Below, piece after piece: positions 24,083-24,970 of a stretch of DNA of 24,970 nucleotides. Source of the stretch: a virus. Taxonomy: Duplodnaviria; Caudoviricetes. The stretch lies in IMG/VR virus record IMGVR_UViG_3300032318_000081, positions 1 to 24,970 of that record, one strand, 5' to 3'. The position numbers and the translations under genes were made by a program. Each line of letters begins with the position of its first letter. Positions within the stretch are counted from its first letter, which is position 1. Below the pieces are notes generated by a model that ran no database searches, was not told where the DNA came from, and saw only the letters and a list, made by a program, of their open reading frames with translations.

Positions 24083-24475
24083 ATGAAATTCCTAAAATAC
24101 GAGTTCACGCCCAGCCAATGGGCTACGGCTAAAGCCAAGATTGAAACAACGGGTACTGACCCCGAAGGCGAAACCTACACCACTTGGAACTCCGAGTTGG
24201 TTACGGCAGTAGTTGAGTTAGGCTACCTCTGCACCGAATGGGGTACGGATGAAGAAGGCAACCAAGTTTGCTTGAAGACCTCACCGAAGTACGCAGTTGA
24301 CATCCTGTGGACTGGTGAGCCTCTTGCTACCTCTTTTGCCTCATACGTTGTATGGCCTGCTCCTTGTGGGGTTCACATCTTCGCAGGATGGGAGCAAGCA
24401 TACGCAGAGGAATACTGCAAGGCCAACCCCGAAGCAGCATACTGCCAACCTCCTGTACCTCCTGTTGAGCAATGA
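24083..24475 (+). CDS. Hypothetical protein (possible fibre assembly chaperone)
   Basis: Follows the fibre gene; acidic; YAVDILW...GVHIFAGW. Confidence 0.55.
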   Translation: MKFLKYEFTPSQWATAKAKIETTGTDPEGETYTTWNSELVTAVVELGYLCTEWGTDEEGNQVCLKTSPKYAVDILWTGEPLATSFASYVVWPAPCGVHIFAGWEQAYAEEYCKANPEAAYCQPPVPPVEQ

Positions 24476-24648
24476 CAAAGGAATCTGCTGATTCAGTTAT
24501 CACGTCTTGGTCTTTAACAGGCGCAGGACTGCTTGTTGGCTACGTTCATCAAGCGCTTGGCTTGTTGGTTCTTGTAGCATCACTTGCCTACACCTTATGG
24601 AAGTGGCGCAGAGATTGGCTTCGTGATAAAAACGAGCGCAAGTCGTGA
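24472..24648 (+). CDS. Holin-like membrane protein (58 aa), not in the ORF track
   Basis: MTKESADSVITSWSLTGAGLLVGYVHQALGLLVLVASLAYTLWKWRRDW...; ATGA and GTGA overlaps; hydrophobic core with a basic tail. Confidence 0.65.
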   Translation: MTKESADSVITSWSLTGAGLLVGYVHQALGLLVLVASLAYTLWKWRRDWLRDKNERKS

Positions 24649-24833
24649 TTATTGAGCGCATTTGGAAAGACCCAAAGACAACAGTATTAGGCCTGCTTAT
24701 CGTAGGCCTTTGCTTTGTTCTGGTATTCTACGAGAAGGCTACCCTCACGGAGGTATCTGCGTTCCTGATGGGAGCGTTTGCACTTATGTTTTTAAAAGAC
24801 CCTAACGATGGCAAAGCAACAGGCGGTAAGTAA
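24645..24833 (+). CDS. Holin-like protein with two transmembrane helices
   Basis: KDPKTTVLGLLIVGLCFVLVF...VSAFLMGAFALMFLKD. Confidence 0.65.
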   Translation: MIIERIWKDPKTTVLGLLIVGLCFVLVFYEKATLTEVSAFLMGAFALMFLKDPNDGKATGGK

Positions 24834-24936
24834 GTTTATCAGCAAGAGCAAGAAGCGAGGCAAGCATTCAAAGAGTGCAAGCAGCAACAAGGCAAGCAAG
24901 AACTACAAGAAGCCCTACGGAGGGCAAGGGCGATGA
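24808..24936 (+). CDS. Small highly basic protein (42 aa, ...KKRGKHSKS...KNYKKPYGGQGR), not in the ORF track
   Basis: ATG at 24808; TGA 24934-24936 overlaps the next ATG. Confidence 0.7.
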   Translation: MAKQQAVSKFISKSKKRGKHSKSASSNKASKNYKKPYGGQGR

Positions 24937-24970
24937 CCAAGAACTTCTCACTCGCTGAACTGACCAAAAC
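24933..24970 (+). CDS. N-terminus of a probable endolysin (peptidase M15-like), truncated by the window end
   Basis: MTKNFSLAELTKT resembles the NF.L.EL start of M15 peptidase endolysins; follows the holin-like genes. Only 12 complete codons are visible. Confidence 0.45.
   Translation, partial: MTKNFSLAELTK

Noticed and set aside
1-24970. Genome-wide stop-codon reassignment to explain the internal TGA (3902) and TAA (22317)
   Set aside because: TGA, TAA and TAG all end genes normally, many with start-codon overlaps. The two internal stops are different codons, and no suppressor tRNA is visible.
1-24970. tRNA/rRNA genes, integrase, IS elements
   Set aside because: No cloverleaf, rRNA-like or transposase/integrase motifs recognised; intergenic space is minimal.

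Overview
The whole window is a fragment of a tailed dsDNA phage genome (siphovirus-like), with every credible gene on the + strand and tightly packed by ATGA/TGATG overlaps. Bacteroidota-type promoters (TTG-N19-TAnnTTTG) and A-rich, Shine-Dalgarno-free start regions suggest a Bacteroidota host. The left part (1-6650) is an accessory and regulatory block: a stand-alone DnaA domain IV-like protein, a sigma-70/ECF-like factor, two PD-(D/E)XK nucleases, a repeat-bounded AT-rich gene-cassette insert, two glycosyltransferases, a SAM methyltransferase and an HNH nuclease. A ParB-DNA methyltransferase fusion and the terminases follow. The morphogenesis module has a permuted order: putative tail chaperone with a -1 frameshift, tail completion, distal tail, hub, tape measure, protease, scaffold, major capsid, tail tube, portal, adaptor, fibre, then lysis genes. 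The most notable signals are: (i) a 25-aa motif Y-x2-R-V-x2-D-G-G-T-(V/L)-E-x3-C-L-x2-A-(L/I/V)-x2-L present four times in three different virion genes, a candidate modular docking tag; (ii) 22-bp stop/start repeats that bound exchangeable gene cassettes; (iii) a dual-coding -1 frameshift region; (iv) a candidate ~60-nt sRNA with its own promoter and terminator; (v) two in-frame stops inside otherwise intact frames; (vi) near-total GATC/TCGA avoidance, broken mainly in imported-looking segments. All functional calls come from motif recognition by eye; no database searches were run.
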